In this document: positions 23,391-35,281 of the stretch, piece by piece
Numbering within the stretch: the first letter of the stretch is position 1
How the letters are laid out: each line of letters begins with the position of its first letter
Assembly (NCBI GenBank): GCA_002269645.1
Contig: NIVC01000260.1
Span: 496,001-560,000, forward strand
DNA: 64,000 bases
Direction of reading: 5' to 3'
From: Macrostomum lignano
Lineage: Eukaryota
Notes under the pieces: generated by a model
What the model saw: the letters and a program-made list of their open reading frames with translations, nothing else
Told to the model about the DNA's origin: nothing
Database searches by the model: none
Program-made: the position numbers and the translations under genes

Positions 23391-25309
23391 CACACGTTCA
23401 ATCTGACTACCTTTCAGGTTTCCTAATTTCTGTATTTCTGCACTGAGCCACAGCTTTACCCCCAGAGCCGCTTTTGGGTCGGAACAGTGAACTGCCGCAA
23501 TCTCAAGTAAGGGGGGGGGGAGAGTGCGAAGCTAGACCTCGACCTAAGCTGTAAAGTCACCCTGCTGCAGAAGATGTGTACAGTCAGTGTATCAAGGCTT
23601 GAACTTCTCGTGAGGACCTGTGCGCCCTCTCTAAGGCACCTCAGCCGACCAACGAGGCCGTGGGTTGGAGCGCTGTTTGGACCGAGGCTGCAGCAGAGCT
23701 GTCGCTGCATCTCTCTGTCCCCCTGGATACTTCAAGTCGACGTCCCGCTTACGCTAACGTTCCCCCTGTCACCGCCCTGATGAGGCTCAAGTTTTCTTTG
23801 AACATCTCTCGGTGCAGGTGGAGGCACCGGTGCAGCGTGACGCTGTGATCGGCCTCAGAGACCTTGACGCGCTTCTGCGGATTGACATTAAATAGGCGCG
23901 CATTCTCAGCACCAATACGAGCATCGTAGGTCATGATAATAAAAAGGCATAAAATTCATAGATTTCATGGATTTCAGACTCATGGAGCAATTGCTGGGAT
24001 CATGAGAGTCATGGTTCACGGGGGCCGGTTGATGAAACGCTGTGGCTCATGGGGGGAGTTGATGAGATGTCACGGCTCACGGGGGAATCGTTGAAATGCT
24101 GTGTCTCTGCCCGAACCACTTTCGAGTTGCAAAAGGAGTCAATATTCCATTTGACAAAACCTCGTATTGAGACTTGCGGTTATTTTCGGCCACCCAGATA
24201 TGCTGTGGCATTTGCGGCCGAGTGTCACATGGCATTTAAGCATAAAATTTAAAACGGTGCCTCTCGAATCTGTCTACCAAGTGCTGACTATTGACTTTGT
24301 GGAGCTTTACTGCTTTGGCTTGCGCTGTTCGTTCTCATGACACGGAAAACATTTGAAAGATTGTGAGATGGACCTGAATCTGGCTCAAACGCGGAAGTCG
24401 TTGGGTGCTGCATGGTTCCACTACGCTCGTACTTCAAGGTTAACAAATTTTGAATTTTTGAGGCGACGCAAAAGCTGGACTTGCATCAGGTGAATGCGTT
24501 TCGTGTTTCTGATGTTAGTGAGCTATGCGCCCTCAAACCTGGTCCAGCCGCTCGATCTGGCTCCAAACAGGGCGCCGCCGTCTCTTACTTTCCATCTGAT
24601 GCAGCCTGCTTCAGTTCCTACAGACGTGCAAACAGTCACCCAAGCAAGCAGCAGCTCAGCCAGTGTTTTGGACTTCAGTGCGCCGACTCCGGTGACTGCC
24701 GTCAAGGGAGTGCAGACTGGCTGTGCTGGGCCTGCACTTCACTTCCGATAACCAGAAGCTTCTATGACGTACGAGGGTAGCATGGCCACCTCTAGGGAAA
24801 AATCCGCAGCTAGGAATGCCCATTTGGCCTCTCCGTTGTTCAGAATGCGGAGCACTGCATCTGTGATTTCCCGCCTTTACTCAGGACAGGCTCGCCTACT
24901 TCGGCCCAAACCCGGACCTTACCGACGTTATCAGGCCTGAGAATATCTGCCAGCTCCTGCCAGCTTAACCGAATTGTCTCTGATTCTTACGACACGACAA
25001 ACACGTTTTAACATTTGACAACAAAAAATAACAATAATAAATACATGCATGTGAGCTTGTCTTTGCTGTGGCACTTATGTCTACATGTAGAGAATATGGC
25101 TGTTCGTAAGATTGGCAACTCTGAAACGCTGGATTACTTTCCTGAGAAGGCAAGACATGGGCGTCGGCCAACACTCGCTTCTGTAAGCCACCGAGCTGAC
25201 TCGCAACCTGTGAGGACTGCAAGCGGAGGCGGCAAAACGCGCGCGGCCAGAACGAAACGCTGAATTAGACAGCTCGATCAGTTAGTTTTCGTCAACTACC
25301 GCACCATCA

Positions 25310-25950
25310 CTAGTATCGCACCAATACAAGGAAGCTCTGGTGGCTGTCTGTCTGCAGCGCCAGAAGGCTGCTGTTGACGACGCCATTCAAGTCTCGCTGC
25401 CGATGGGCCTCGTGCTAGAGGGCGCAGGGCCTGGTCTGCCATCAATGCTCTGACGGGGCAGAAGCCGCGCATCCCGTTGAACTTGGCAGACGATTCTGTG
25501 GACGAGCGCAGGAATGAGCTGCGTGAGTTTTTTGCCGCCATCGTGAACTCGCCGTCACTCTTAACGCTGCAGGCGGAGGAGGAGAGTCTCGCCTAACAGT
25601 CGTCGTGGAAGAGGTGTCCATTGTGAAATTCGTATCCACTGTGTGGCCAGTGGGGTCGCCAGACTGATGAACGTCGCACCCAACAAATGGACCACGACCC
25701 GTATCGTCCCTTTTTTAAGAAGCCGGGCACCACAAGGCTTGAAGAGCATCAAGGCATGTGCCTTCAGTTCTGCGCTAGGAAGCTGTTCGACTGGATGCTG
25801 CAATCGCGGTTGCAGCCCGTGCTGGATTCGAACCAGCGACCTGAGCAGATCGAGTTCCAGTCCCATTGCGGCACACTGGCGACACGGAAGCTGCTGTGTC
25901 AACACTGGGCGGCCAATCCGACTTCTTCAAGACATCCTCAAGCCGTCTCT
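25310..25950 (+). mobile_element. RTEX-like LINE fragment (pre-RT and early RT)
   Basis: RAWSAINALTGQKPRIPLNL...ERRNELREFFAAIVN and KLFDWMLQSRLQPVLDSNQRPEQIEFQ. Confidence 0.75.
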
Positions 25951-26029
25951 CCTCATTCGTTCGATGTTTTCGATTAGTCTCCCATCGTCCCTCAAGAGAC
26001 GCCACCCAATTAACGCATAGCGCCATGTC

Positions 26030-26035
26030 TATAAA
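26030..26035 (+). promoter_or_regulatory. TATA box of EGF-ligand-like copy 2
   Basis: GCGCCATGTCTATAAATTCG is conserved upstream of copy 3 (TATAAA at 30804). Confidence 0.6.
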
Positions 26036-26151
26036 TTCGTACCAGATTGAGCAGCAGGATTATTCAGTGATTGCTTGGCAAAATCGTTGTTACATTCGGA
26101 ACCATACAATATTGGCTCAATTCGTGAAAGCAGACCAACTCTTGCCCATCT

Positions 26152-26823
26152 ATGTCACCGTTTTTTCTTCTAGTTCTGCTGCTGCTGCTTCCCTCGATGC
26201 TCTGCCTCGGCGTCGAGGACAAGAAGCATCAGGAGCAGCACGGCAGTGAGGATCAGCGCAAAGAGGCGTCAGGAGGCGACGGGGAGCTGAGCGTCCTGAT
26301 CAGCTTTAGCGGCAATTCGTTCTTTAACCTGATCAAGACTCTGAGCAGCTACCTGTCTGGGACCTTCAGGGTCGTCGGCGCCTCCATCTCTATCCGGGTG
26401 AGTCACTTGGGCAAGTCGATAGCGACGGCCCCGACCGGCTCCGACAAGACGACGCCCGCACCGAACCCGACTCCATCGCTTCACCCAACCGAGAAACCCG
26501 AAAAGCCGCTCGACAAGATCAAAGCGGAAGACGTGAAGGCAGCCAAAGCCAGGGACGCCGAGTTCAAGAAGACGATGGAGCGCTGGATAAATGGCCCGGT
26601 GATTTGCAAGCCACCGTGTTTTAACGGCGGCAACTGAACCAGGTTTCTCGTGTTCGGTGAAAATACGTGCAGGTAGCAAATTTTTCATAGTTTCTTGGAT
26701 TCTGATTCTGCTGGATGATTTTAAAGCTTAAAAAGTAGTTATTAAACTCTTTGACTTTTCAGATGCCCAAACGGATACAAGGGCCTGCGATGCGAAGTCC
26801 TTGACATTAAGCGACATCCCTGA
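26152..26823 (+). pseudogene. Secreted EGFR-ligand-like protein, copy 2 (intact except TGA at EGF Cys3)
   Basis: Signal peptide MSPFFLLVLLLLLPSMLCLG. Exon 1 is 26152-26672, intron 26673-26762, exon 2 26763-26823. EGF reads ICKPPCFNGGN*TRFLVFGENTCR|CPNGYKGLRCE, with * = TGA at 26635. No TM segment; AATAAA at 26984. Confidence 0.88.
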
Positions 26824-27369
26824 CGTTGAAGTGAAACGACGTCCTTGGCGCTGACGTTAAACGTCGATGCGAAGTCCTTGGCATCATATAAACGTTAAAC
26901 TAAGCTGACCATCAAGCTTCAATCAATTCTCAATAATTTAACAAAAATGTAACCTTTAAAGTAGACGAACGAACATCTCTATGAATAAACAGTTTGTTTT
27001 TTCCTCTCAAAGTGTAAAACAACATTCAATCTAAGATAAACTAAGAACAAAAATTAACCCAATCTATCAATCTATCAACGCAGCATTCCAAAAGCATAAA
27101 TACGTGTTTTTCTACGGTGTTATTCATTTTTCAAGATAATTTTGACCAGTTGAAAAACTGCGTCCTCAAAGAAACGAAAAGAAAGGAGCTCTAAGCAGCA
27201 CATTAAATGTTCAACATCTCCGTTTTAGACAGTCATCTGCATGTACCTACCGACAGATAAGGACAGGAGCGTCCCCCTAGACATCAAATTATTGGCCCCC
27301 TAAGGGCTTCCTCCTGCAATAAAAAATTCTAAGTAAATGTACGCCACTGCGGGTGCTGTACAGGTTCTT

Positions 27370-28200
27370 GTAGTACATGTAGTACATCAAGCCCTCTTTG
27401 ACTACGCGGTTCAGGCGCCCCACACCAGAGTTGCCTTGAGGGTGGTAGAACGAAGTCTGACGATTATTGATGCCGTACGCCTTTAGTCTCCAAGCAAGTC
27501 GATCTGCAACTCTGTCCACGGTTCCTTCGGTCATTTGGTCGGAGTCAGCACTGTCCGATGCGTCTTAAAGCTCTTGTCACTGATGATGCACGCAGAGCAG
27601 CCGCTGAAGCGAACCTCTCGATGTCGCTGTCTATTTTGGACCACCACACGGTGTCTCCGCAGTGGTGCTTGGTCCTGCTAACTCCCTTAATTGTGACCTT
27701 GATGCGCTAAGGTCGAGCTTTCGCTGACGCAGCTCTGGTATATGACGGCGGCGAGTTCCGATGGCCAAGCACCTGCCGTTTCTCGAGACAGTCAGCTCGT
27801 TTCTGACACTCCAGTTGGGCATCCGGCGCTCATCGAGTTTTTCCTTGTCCGGCCAACCGGCAACTTTGAACTCTGTGACTTTTGCCAGGAGCTGGTCCTT
27901 TGAGGTTGCCTCAGGCAGTTCCTCCTCGGTAACCACAATCAGATCAGCGCCTCGATCAGGAGCACTCTCTGGACCTCCAGATCGTCCCTTGCATCCCCTT
28001 CCGTGACGATCTGCAGTCCCAGCTGTTCCATGAGGTCACATCCCAGAATGTCAGATCCGGTCTTGACCACGCTGATGTTGACGTAAGGCACTACCTTGGC
28101 CTTGAGCTGCACCGAGGTCAGGATGTCACCAAGCACGAAGATCTTGCTACCATTGATGATCAGCTTCCGTAACGATGTCTGCAGAGGCACGTTAGACAGA
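27370..28200 (-). mobile_element. Heavily deleted Gypsy remnant (protease tail, pre-integrase, integrase core)
   Basis: VLGDILTSV...VVKTGSDILGCDL; EELPEATSKDQLLAKV...GWP...VRNELTV; GINNRQTSFYHPQGNSGVGRLNRVVKE. Confidence 0.8.
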
Positions 28201-28460
28201 ATTTCATACGTCTTTGTATGATGGAGACTCGCGAACCGGAGACAACGAGCAGCAGACTTTGCAGTGCTTGCTTTCTTTTGTTGTTCACATTTTTTTATGA
28301 GGACAAACTTTCAGCGCTGGTTTTTTACGTAGCTAGAAGTAACTCTCCTTCAAATTCTGCCATATTTACTACTAAAAGCATTAGTAGTATACTGGATAGC
28401 ATATGACATTATTTTTGGGAGGCAGAGCAGCGTACCGGAAAACCACCCGCTGGGTTTTTT

Positions 28461-29770
28461 CCCACTGGATGTTCACCCACCGGATGTTTACCTGCCGGAT
28501 GCTTCTACGCCGGATGCTTCCCTGCCTGATGCTTCCCCACCTGATGCTTCCCCACCTGATGTTCACCTGCCGGATGCTTCTACGCCGGATGCTTCCCTGC
28601 CTGATGCTTCCCCACCTGATGCTTCCCCACCTGATGCTTCCCCACCTGATGCTTCCCCGCCTGATGCTTCCCCGCCTGATGCTTCCCCACCTGATGCTTC
28701 CCCGCCTGATGCTTCCCCGCCTGATGCTTCCCCACCTGATGCTTCCCCACCTGATGCTTCCCCACCTGATGCTTCCCTGTCTGATGCTTCCCCACCTGAT
28801 GCTTCCCCACCTGATGCTTCCCCACCTGATGCTTCCCTGTCTGATGCTTCCCCACCTGATGCTTCACCACCTGATGATTCCCCGCCTGATGCTTCCCCAC
28901 CTGATGCTTCCCCACCTGATGCTTCCCCACCTGATGCTTCCCCACCTGATGCTTCCCCACCTGATGCTTCCCCACCTGATGCTTCCCTGTCTGATGCTTC
29001 CCCACCTGATGCTTCCCCACCTGATGCTTCCCCACCTGATGCTTCCCCACCTGATGCTTCCCCACCTGATGCTTCCCCACCTGATGCTTCCCCACCTGAT
29101 GCTTCCCCACCTGATGCTTCCCCACCTGATGCTTCCCTGTCTGATGCTTCCCCACCTGATGCTTCCCCACCTGATGCTTCCCCACCTGATGCTTCCCCAC
29201 CTGATGCTTCCCCGCCGGATGCTCCCCACCTGATGCTTCCCCACCTGATGCTTCCCCGCCTGATGCTTCCCCACCTGATGCTTCCCTGCCTGATGCTTCC
29301 CCACCTGATGCTTCCCCACCTGATGCTTCCCCACCTGATGCTTCCCCACCTGATGCTTCCCCACCTGATGCTTCCCCACCTGATGCTTCCCCACCTGATG
29401 CTTCCCTGTCTGATGCTTCCCCACCTGATGCTTCCCCACCTGATGCTTCCCCACCTGATGCTTCCCTGTCTGATGCTTCCCCACCTGATGCTTCCCCGCC
29501 GGATGCTCCCCACCTGATGCTTCCCCACCTGATGATTCCCCGCCTGATGCTTCCCCACCTGATGCTTCCCCACCTGATGCTTCCCCACCTGATGCTTCCC
29601 CACCTGATGCTTCCCCACCTGATGCTTCCCTGCCTGATGCTTCCCCGCCTGATGCTTCCCTGCCTGATGCTTCCCTGCCTGATGCTTCCCCACCTGATGC
29701 TTCCCCACCTGATGCTTCCCTGCCTGATGCTTCCCTGCCGGATGCTTACCCGCCTGATGCTTCCCCGCCG
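28461..29770. repeat. 15-bp minisatellite (CCTGATGCTTCCCCA) x about 87
   Basis: Long tandem array with recurring variants (CCCTGT, CCCCGC) and diverged edge units. Confidence 0.97.
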
Positions 29771-29894
29771 CAGACACTCAGGATGTGTGCCCACCGGTAG
29801 TTTACCCGTCGAATGCTTGCCCGTAGCAAAACAGAAATGTATTTTATCTTAGGTTAGTCTTCCTGCTGGCAACCGCGGACTTAGGAAGAGGCAA

Positions 29895-30045
29895 ACCTTC
29901 AATTTTTCTACAGCGTCTTATGGTTAAGATTTCCCAATGCATAATTCAACCCGGACATGGTAAAAGGCAGACATGGTAAAAAGCGCTCTGCTACGCTGTC
30001 TACCCAGAAAATTCCGCATCGCCTTATCGGGTTTCCAGACTCTGT
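29895..30045 (+). repeat. Duplicated block Y, copy 2
   Basis: Homologous to 15420-15570. Confidence 0.8.
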
Positions 30046-30434
30046 CTTCGCTATTCAAAATGCCTGTGAAAAGGTCAAATCGATCCCATCCCAGCCAGTA
30101 GCCAATTCTGCAAAACCACATTGACTACTTAAGCACAGCTAGCAACTTTTAGGGCTCACAGTGATCTGAGCAGAAAATTAATCAATCTGTGCAATATTCC
30201 TCTTCGCGGAAAAGAGAAACATACAATTTCACTAAAATTCGCGTTGATCCAACATATTTTACAAGAATCGATATTACTTTTGCAAGAATAAATACTCTAA
30301 TAAAACTAATAATTTTATTAATTAAAAGCAATTAATTTCTTGATTTCAGATTCATTCATTGATTCAAAATGCCATCGCCAATAATCAACCGTCTCTGTCT
30401 AATTTACAGTACCCTGTCACGTTTGCCCGAGTCG

Positions 30435-30520
30435 GCCGACCTCCCAGATCCTGATTTGTTGGGCCAGCCTCCCAGATCCTCATTTGTTGGGCCAGCCTCC
30501 CAGATCCTCAGTTGCTGGGC
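30435..30520 (-). repeat. About 3 units of the 28-bp repeat, inverted relative to 34240-34886
   Basis: CTCCCAGATCCTCAGTTGCTGGGCC is the reverse complement of the 34-kb array unit. Confidence 0.85.
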
Positions 30521-30878
30521 CTCAAAGTGCCTGGACTTGAATTTTAAGTCTTCTTTGATATTTCAGTTGAGACTTATATTTTCTTAGGCAATCATGAATT
30601 AAAATCAGTGCGTCCCGACTCCTTGGTTCCAGCTACGGAAGAGAACCTGTCTTCAGCAAATGTAGGTAGGAATACTCGGCAGAGTCGAAGAGGGTGCTGG
30701 TGATAGCGACAACCGCACTACATTGGTCCTTCGTCATTCGTTTGAACCGAATTACATATCGTCTCGGGAGAGGCGCCAGTAAATGCGCGCAGAGCGCCAT
30801 GTCTATAAATTCGCGTCAGTTCGAGAAGCAAGATTGATCAGGTATTGTTTCTGAGAGCAGACCAACTCTTGTCCATCT

Positions 30879-31370
30879 ATGTCACCATCGCTTCACCGCT
30901 AGTGCTGCTTCTTCCCTCGATGCTCTGCCTTCAGGCGTCGGGAAGCTTCGTGGAGCTGAGCGTCCTGATCAGCGTGCCGAGTCTCAATCTGAACAAGACT
31001 CTGCTGCGCATCCTGCCTGCTGCCCGGCTTGAGAACTTCAGGAAGTTCGACTTCGTCACCATCTCCACCCGGTCGAGTTCCTTGGATAAATCAAACTCAG
31101 CTGCACCGATTCCTTCTAGCCATGCTGAGCAGATGGCGACCATTTCTCTGACGCCCGATAACAGTTGCAACACGGATGTTGTGAGGTGTCTGAACGGTGG
31201 TACCTGTTGCATATCTCTTATCAGGCATCGTCCACTGTGCAGGTAACACTTGCTAATTACTAATTCGTCTCTGATTGAGCTGATGTCCAAGTTCTGGAAA
31301 TTCGTTATCAATTTCTTTCATTTTTCAGATACCCAGAGCCATACGTGGGCTTTTTTGCGAGTTAGACTCT
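30879..31370 (+). pseudogene. Secreted EGF-ligand-like gene copy 3 (more diverged, frameshifted)
   Basis: TATA at 30804. ATG at 30879 goes out of frame within the signal peptide. EGF reads SCNTDVVRCLNGGTCCISLIRHRPLCR| intron 31243-31328 |YPEPYVGF, with Cys5 changed to Tyr and a frameshift before Cys6. Confidence 0.8.
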
Positions 31371-31974
31371 CTTTTTATAGAGAAGTTATCAAGAGGAAAG
31401 GTAGAAGCATAGTTTCTCAACAACCAACAAAGTTTGAGCCCCAAAATAAAGAAAGATCTGCCAACTGTATGCGTGAGAACTTGCGATTTTTTCAGAATAA
31501 AAACATTGAGTTTAAATACCAATCAACCGCAAATATATCGTCTCAGCTTTGCAGAGTCCTACAACGTGTTTTCATTTTGTTATTAATTTTTCTCTAAGAT
31601 CATTTTATCAGATAAAACATTCCTTTTAGCGCCGCAGACACTCATTTTAGCGCACTGAAACATAATCATTGATTTACACAACGGGTCAGAAGGTGGAGTG
31701 GGGGGACAAAGCAGCTTTGGCCATAGCTGTTATAACTGGGGGGACATGTCCCCGGTGTGTTGAGCGTGTGTATGAGTAATGCGTGGCTGCTTACAATATT
31801 GGCGCGCTTGCATGTGCTCAGGAGCCGAATTGCCTCAGCGCTGCTGGGTGTGGGACAACAGCTTCGTGGAAGCTGCGTTGCGCCAGGTGCCCGCAGCCCT
31901 GATCCGACGAATTATCCTGACGAATTATCCTGATCCGCGGTATGTTCTCTTCAAGGTTCTTCATGTAGCTCGTA

Positions 31975-32157
31975 TGTTCTTTCTCATAATGTATGTTCCC
32001 TCTCATAATGTATGTTCCCTCTCATAATGTATGTAATTCCCTTTCATAATGTATGTTCCCTCTCATAATGTATGTAATTCCCTTTCATAATGTATGTTCC
32101 CTCTCATAATGTATGTAATTCCCTTTCATAATGTATGTTTCCTTTCATAATGTATGT
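31975..32157. repeat. 19/23-bp tandem repeat (TGTTCCCTCTCATAATGTA)
   Basis: About 9 units of two alternating variants. Confidence 0.9.
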
Positions 32158-33004
32158 TCACTCGATCAATATGTTGACAGCTTAATCCTTAAGCTAAATC
32201 GTATTTGTAAAGTACACGTAGTTATACTCGTAAGGCGGGTCCCTTTGATATAACATCCGCCAGTAATATACATATGTACATTTACATGTACATGTATTCA
32301 GTGTTTTACCAGAACCCACTTTAGTGCATCATACGCACGTATACACTGTTCCTACGTGTTGTTTTGAACTCACACGGCGGAATGGAGTCAATTAGAGAGC
32401 TTTCAAACGACAGATAACATTTTACTATTTCACACATCTACAAAAATTGCAATTTCGCAATTCACGATTTAGCATTTAGATGACGACTACACAGTTACAT
32501 TCATGCACATCAGTATATTCCTAAATAAATAAAAAATGGTGCCAATCGAAGGCAAATCAATATTGACACTGGACAACTTGTACATGTTCACATGTACAAA
32601 CAGGTATATATATTTATTGCAAACTAGAAGCAGGCTCCTGCAAGAAATCTTGCAAGACACCTCACAGTGACAGAAATTTGCAACAGGTTGATATAACATC
32701 AGAAGGTGATCGCACACGTGCTTGTAAATGTAATACATTGATAAGTTATTTAAAGGACAGGTTTCAGTGACAAAAGATTATTACATGTACGACACTAACA
32801 AACTATGAGTCTAAAGCTTAATATATAAAAAACTGTGAAATGATGGCCGAATGCATATTTATTATTATTGCGTTAAAAAAAGGACAGCGGCTCAAACACT
32901 GATATGGGGTAATCAGGAAAACAAAACAAGATCGTAATGCCATCTTATTATTGACTCTGAATACAAGTATTGTAGAAATCAGGAGTCGGGCCCACTAAAA
33001 GTTT

Positions 33005-33560
33005 GCCTCTTCTCTCTCCTTTTATCTCTCTACTCTCCCCTCTTCTTTACTCTCCCCTCTTCTCTACTCTCCCCTCCCCTCTCCCCTCCTCTCTTCTCTT
33101 TCCCCTCTTCTCTCCTCATTCTTCTATTCTCTCTCCCCTCTTCTCTACTCTCCCCTCTCGCCTCATCTCTTCTCTTTCACCTTTTCTCTCCTCATTCTTC
33201 TATTCTCTCTCCCCTCTTCTCACTTCTCTCTACTCTCCCCTCTTCTTTTCTCTTCCCTCTTTTCTACTCTCCCCTCCTCTCTCCCCTCTCCCCTCCTCTC
33301 TTCTCTTTCCCCTCTTCTATCCTCTTCTTCTATTCTCTCTCCCCTCTTTTCTCTTCTCTCTACTCTCCCTTCTTCTCTCTTCTCTCTACTCTCCCTTCTT
33401 CTCTCTTCTCTCTACTCTCCCTTCTTCCCTCTTCTCTCTACACTCCCCTTCTCTTTACTCTCCCCTCTTCTCTCTACACTCCCCTCTTCTCTCTACTCTC
33501 CCCTCTTCTCTCTACTCTCGCCTCTTCTCACCTCTTCTCTCTCCTCAATTCTCTCATCTA
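33005..33560. repeat. Polypyrimidine/polypurine low-complexity tract
   Basis: About 550 bp of almost exclusively C/T on the plus strand. Confidence 0.95.
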
Positions 33561-34239
33561 TACAAAGAAGCAGAATTAAGATTTAGCTTGGTACTACATG
33601 CAGTTTTCTAAAGGCAAGTTAAAGCGTTAATTGCGGCTAATACAGGGTTTACAAAAAGTTACTGCAGGACAAGCTAAAGAAGTTCAACCAATTCAAATTA
33701 GTGTTATAGCGCTGAGCAGTGAAAAATATGGGAGGGGGCATTAAGGCCGAATTAGGTTGACCTTAAACAAACGATAAATGTCTGCAACAGACAGATACCA
33801 AAGTATAACAAGAAGTACAGCAAAGTATTATTATTAGGCAAAGAATGATATTGAAGAAATTATAAAAAATTCTTTTTCTCTACTAATCTTTACTTGAACA
33901 ACTATAAATAAAATTGGAGAGGATAAAATTAGGCTTTTATTTTGAAAAATTACTATTATGAATATTATGAATATTATAAGAAACATTACTGCATACTAAA
34001 GGGGGTGTACAAATATTATTACATTATATAGACAAATTTTACATGTAAGAGGGCAACAAAAAAGGTAAATTGTCCAATTAACGATTAATCTCTCCCGTCT
34101 GTCTTTGCTGTCATCTTCTACTCCTGATTAGATGCCTCATCTGAAACAGACAGAACAGAGTTCCGGCTTTAATGCAACATGTCATTGTGATGTTTGATCT
34201 TCCAAGGCTACATTAGCAATAAAATGGGGATCTGAGGCT

Positions 34240-34886
34240 GCAGGCTGGCCCATCAACTGAGGATCTGGGAAGCTGGCCCAGCAACTGAGAATCTGGGAAG
34301 CTGGCCCAGCAACTGAGAATCTGGGAGGCTGGCCCAGCAACTGAGGATGTGGGAAGCTGGCCCAGCAACTGAGGATCTGGGAGGCTGGCCCAGCAACTGA
34401 GGATCTGGGAAGCTGGCCCAGCAACTGAGGATCTGGAAGGCTGGCCCAGCAACTGAGGATCTGGGAGGCTGGCCCAGCAACTGAGGATCTGGGAAGCTGG
34501 CCCAGCAGCTGAGGATCTGGGAGGCTGGCCCAGCAGCTGAGGATCTGGGAGGCTGGCCCAGCAGCTGAGGATCTGGGAGGCTGGCCCAGCAGCTGAGGAT
34601 CTGGGAGGCTGGCCCAGCAACTGGGATCTAAGGGCTGGCCCAGCAACTGAGCTGGGAGGCTGGCCCAGCAGCTGAGGATCTGGGAGGCTGACCCAGCAAC
34701 TGAGAATCTGGGAAGCTGGCCCAGCAGCTGAGGATCTGGGAGGCTGGCCCAGCAGCTGAGGATCTGGGAGGCTGGCCCAGCAGCTGAGGATCTGGGAGGC
34801 TGGCCCAGCAACTGGGGATCTAAGAGGCTGGCCCAGCAACTGAGAATCTGGGAAGCTGGCCCAGCAGCTGAGGATCTGGGAGGCTG
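34240..34886. repeat. 28-bp minisatellite (GGCTGGCCCAGCAACTGAGGATCTGGGA) x about 23
   Basis: Tandem array with a few truncated units. Confidence 0.95.
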
Positions 34887-35186
34887 GCGGTTGATGGAAA
34901 CGCTTAAAAATTAGACTTGCGAATAAAACAGTAGGACACCTGAAAAACCACATTGCCAAGCTAATAAACAGAGCCTGTGACAAGAAAGCTGTGCGATAAT
35001 TTAAAAAATTCTCTACCAACTACAGGTGAAATCATCTAGGCTAAGTGTAGGAATGACTCCGTTTACAATATTGACAACCGATGTTGAAATTGGAGTGAGC
35101 ATTTTCAATCGATCGTTTAATCAATCAAAGGTGTCACAATTCACAAGACCAAACAGCAAACTAGAATCGGGCAGTTCCGCACTGGC

Positions 35187-35281
35187 TCAGTACAGACCGG
35201 TAGTCTGGGCCGTCAGTGCGGCCTCAGCGGTGTTGCGCTGCTGCTTGCGCAACTCAGCAGCCTCCTTGCGCGCCTGCATGC
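35187..35281 (-). CDS. Last coding exon (second half of IQ2)
   Basis: TAG|GC ATG CAG GCG CGC AAG...TAC TGA; completes IQAGFRGMQARKE. Confidence 0.85.

Noticed and set aside
28403-29852. Long ORFs (MLPHL, GKHQV, EASGG repeats)
   Set aside because: By-products of a 15-bp minisatellite that is open in most frames; no splice or start context.
33003-33611. Leu/Ser/Pro-rich 'membrane protein'
   Set aside because: Translation of a CT tract.
34182-35019. 209-aa and 268-aa ORFs
   Set aside because: Derived from the 28-bp minisatellite.
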